Shown here: in pieces, positions 60,448 to 64,000 of the stretch
Layout: each line of letters starts with the position of its first letter
How positions within the stretch are numbered: position 1 is the stretch's first letter
Source: Dimorphilus gyrociliatus
Lineage: Eukaryota; Animalia; Annelida
Direction of reading: 5' to 3'
Assembly (NCBI GenBank): GCA_904063045.1
Contig: CAJFCJ010000020.1
Coordinates: 1,666,916-1,730,915 of the forward strand
Length of the DNA: 64,000 nt
Program-made: the position numbers and the translations under genes
The notes under the pieces: generated by a model
What the model saw: only the letters and a program-made list of their open reading frames with translations
Databases searched by the model: none
What the model was told of the DNA's origin: nothing

Positions 60448-62897
60448 CTAAATTAGGTCAGAAACTGAAGTTATAAACTTATTCTTTCTGCCGTCCCAAT
60501 CAGTTACAAATTGTTCGGGAATCGCTGTTTCTTTCTATAAAAAGTACATAAAATTAATTATATTGAAAATATAAAACTGGTAATAAAATCTTACATAATC
60601 GCCATTATTTTCCGGTATCGATACATTTACTTCACTAGATTTTGCTGTCACGATACGAGAGTTTTTGTAGTCGCTGCTAAGATACACTTGGCATCCATCA
60701 GTTTTATCAATATTCACCGTTGGTGCTTTAACTCTAATCTATAAATATACAGTATAAAAGTTATTTACAGTGTAAATATTAAATAATTACTTATATGCGA
60801 ACAATTAATGATTATAATCTTACCTGACTTTGGACACTTTGACAGTTAATTACGTCAAATGTTGCTATAATCTCATCAAAAACTATACCACACTTTTTCG
60901 AACTGTCCAAAACTACTGAGTTAACTTTTCCACTAATATCAATTTTACAATTGATACACCTATTAAAAAAGATTTAGATATATATTAAATGTATAAAAAA
61001 ATCGAAAAACTAGTGACATCTCGTGGACAAAATAAGAGTATTTACTTGTAAACATAGACGGATTGCTTTGGTTCCGTTTTGTCGATTACTATAGTCTCGT
61101 TTTCGAAATTCTCAATTATCCACTATAAAGTAACATTTGAAACGGTATTAGAGTAAATCAAAGTTTGAAGAATAATAATAAACAATAAACACCTTTTTGT
61201 TTTGTAAAGCTTTCAACGGAGGTTTTTTAGCTACTTCCTTTGGTTTGAACGCCGACGAAGTGTGTACGTTTGCTTTAACAACAGCTGGTCTATTTTTCAA
61301 ATTAGGATTCTTGTGCGTTTTCATATCATCAGTTACTTTTTTCAGTCCAGATGTTATGGCACTTCCCTTATTAATCTCGGCGAACAGTGCGCCTCTATTA
61401 GCTTCCGGATCTCCAGACGAAGATGCCTCAAGACTCATGGGAGGTGGAGGAGGCGGTGGTGGTGGTACCCCTACTGAGGGAGGAGGCGGTGGTGGAGCTG
61501 CATTATTAACGGCTGGACCGGCTTTTAGTATTGTAGTTGAATCACAACCCTAAATAAAAGCATTTCAACGTTAAATTAATCATACTTTATGTTAATATTC
61601 AAGATGACTAAAAACCTGAGCATTCCAAGTTAAACCGGTTGTGTAATTTTGCTTAATGTAAGCCTGAAGTGCACCTAGAATCTTTAGCCAAGCTTTAACC
61701 CAATCTACGTGAGTTGTATCTCTGTAAATATAGAATGTAAAAATCCATATTTCTTCAAGTTAAATTTTAAATATTCATACTTTTCTTTAAAATCTTTTAG
61801 AACCCGATTTAAATAAAATTGTCCAGCATCCGTCATTTCTTTAACATATGGAACAGGCGTTGGTTTAACAGTGACCCAACCTAGAGCAGCTACACTTTCC
61901 GCAATAGCCGATAAATGGCTGAAATGTTGCGATCTCCTATTCATATCCTTAAATGCAATAACGCCTTGAATCTTTTCAGACAAAGGCTTCATCACCTTAG
62001 CCAATCCATCTTGACTCGGCTCCTTCGACTTGCAAGCAATTTCTATAACATTTCTTTGCTCCCTAAAGGCATCGGCTACGCGCCTAGAAATTTGGTCAAC
62101 ATCTCCACCAATGGTACTACTTAAATCTTGATATTCTCTCAAAAGAGGAACAATTTCAGCATCATAGACTTGAACATTAACAGCAACAACAATTTCTTTC
62201 GCTGCTGTACAAAAAAGAGAAAAGTACAAAGTTCAAATTAAAAAGATTAAATAACAACTTTAGGCTTAATTCAATATAAAATTACGACCTTAAAAGGAGA
62301 TAATACTCTTTTAACACTTACTTATATGGAAAAATGGTATAATAAAGCGTAAAACTGCTATATTACCTATTTATACTACGACTTTCCCAAAAGGATAAAA
62401 ACTAGTGTTTAAAAGAATTACAATATATTAATAAATAATAAAAATAAACTCAATAAAATGTAAAATATGTTGTTTATACGCTTTTTTTTCTTAATATGCC
62501 TAATTGCTTAAAGCTATTACCGCCCCCACTCGATAGAAAGAAAGATATTATTACCTTCTTGAACAGATGAGCTTGCTGAGGGAAAATTTAATTTTTCTAA
62601 TCGATTCGTAACTTTTTCTAAACGATCAACTAAATCTTCTAGACGATTTGCCATTTCTTCGTTGTATTCCGATTCAAGAGCTGTAGAAGTACGATTTATT
62701 TCATTTATCAAATCTTTAGACTCTTTCAAATTGAGTTGAATTTTTTCAGCGGTAATTATCTCCTCTGTTTCTTTATTATCCAATTTTTTTACACTCTCAC
62801 AATTTTCAGCCACTTCCTTATTTACTTTTCCGTTTTTATGTGCTACTACTTCTTCTACAGGAGATGGCTGTCTTGGCCTATTACAGCAACAGGACAT
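60448..62897 (-). CDS. CAP1: Adenylyl cyclase-associated protein (CAP/Srv2/capulet); canonical start 62654, extended start 62897
   Basis: [17 protein letters not shown] motif, helical folded domain ([44 protein letters not shown]), polyproline, WH2 ([19 protein letters not shown]), CARP beta-sheet ([13 protein letters not shown]...AKSSEVNV), ETAIPEQF; TAG at 60450-60448. Confidence 0.95.
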
Positions 62898-63822
62898 AGC
62901 CAATTTTGGCAAGGCCTAACCGATCTGTACTGCCCAAAAATATCCTAAATTTTACTTTAATTTGTTTTAACTTATTTCTTTAGTAAAAAATTGTTAAGAT
63001 TGTTAAGAAATCGTTGCTAATTTCAACTATAAGAAGATGTAAGGATAAAGAAGAAAAATCTAAAAGAAAAACTACTAATCTATAAGAGCAATAGTAATAA
63101 AAAAGAAAAAATAAATAGTAGTAGGGATTGAAACAAAAACCCAGGGCAAAAACAGATTGCTTAGACCTCTTTCTTATGTCTAATAAGTAATTTGCACACG
63201 CACGCAAAACACATTCATACGCTTGTATTCTATGCATACGCACGCAAATATATATTGTATGTATAAAAAATATATAAGTGTATACAGCATAAAAACGCTG
63301 AAACCGTTAAAAAATAGAAAAGATGCAGATTAAAGGCCTATTAATTTCAAAATTAATCATGCAAAGGTAAATACTTGTATCTGACATAAAATTCTGTCAA
63401 TTATCATGCGAGTATGCTGTCTTAATCAAGTTTATCTCAAGGTTAGCGTATATTTTTGGTGATGATGTACGAATGACTCACTCTTCCTAAATAAGGGAAA
63501 ATCAATGAGTAGGAGGCTCTGAGTTTATGATTCATCCACTTTATATGAAGTAATCGTATAGAATTAATAAAGTTATTAAAATTTAAGTTCGCTCTTAGTG
63601 TCAGTAGGATAGTAAATTGTTTTACTATTTCCAACTAATAAGAGACGCAGTCAACCAAAGCAGGAAATTTATATGTATTTATGCTTTATTGTTCATTAAG
63701 TGTTGAAATGCTATATGTAGATGTTGAAAATTAGCAAATAGAGTATTTTACTTGATTAAAACAGCTTGTCTAACAGAAAGCGTTCTAAAAGCATGAAAAT
63801 TATTTTAAAATAATTATATTTA

Positions 63823-63950
63823 CCTCTTGGCTAGCTTTTTCACCACTCCCAATATAGCGCGATCACAGAGTAAATTCCGGATACGGAAGTCCTTTTTTTC
63901 CTTTTTGTAACGCGTTTATATACCGGTTTTCTAGCTGCGCTGCGCATGCG
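63823..63950 (-). promoter_or_regulatory. Probable CAP promoter and 5' UTR exon
   Basis: Minus-strand donor AG|GTAAAT at 63823, ETS-like ACGGAAGT at 63883-63890, NRF-1 palindrome TGCGCATGCG at 63941-63950. Confidence 0.45.
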
Positions 63951-64000
63951 TTGAGACAAACTAACAGAAAGTGACACGCGTTTGTTAGTCGTTGGTGCTC

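Overview
AT-rich, very gene-dense eukaryotic (animal) genomic DNA with GT-AG introns that are mostly 50-90 bp. I can support 22 protein-coding genes, in order: WDFY3/ALFY (3' part), CDKL2-like, GET4, C9orf85 homolog, a ZC3H7/HELZ2-type triple zinc-finger-module protein, Orthopedia (otp), an intronless divergent transportin-1-like gene, neverland/daf-36, glial cells missing (gcm), glucose-6-phosphate 1-epimerase-like, an LRR-FN3-TM receptor, a patched-domain protein, MRG15, CHAF1A, endophilin A, COX14-like, SGF11/ATXN7L3-like, a tandem macrodomain protein, an orphan coiled-coil ORF, DCTN5, a YeeE/YedE (TsuA-type) sulfur transporter and CAP. Housekeeping genes are packed head-to-head and tail-to-tail, and only otp and gcm keep multi-kb non-coding flanks. 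This architecture suggests a miniaturised invertebrate genome, for example the annelid Dimorphilus gyrociliatus, but that is inference only. Exon structures were built by hand from splice consensus and reading-frame continuity, and homology calls rest on recognised motifs, not database searches. I recognised no rRNA, tRNA, known miRNA, CRISPR array or intact transposon. Highlights: a stack of frame-preserving 3-, 12- and 39-nt candidate exons with downstream RBFOX motifs at the endophilin BAR tip; a spliced, prokaryote-type thiosulfate transporter; an intronless transportin lacking the acidic H8 loop; an active plus degenerate macrodomain tandem; a candidate palmitoylated CAP isoform; otp outside its ancestral hbn-rx-otp cluster; and a decayed antisense reading frame in an oversized MRG15 intron.
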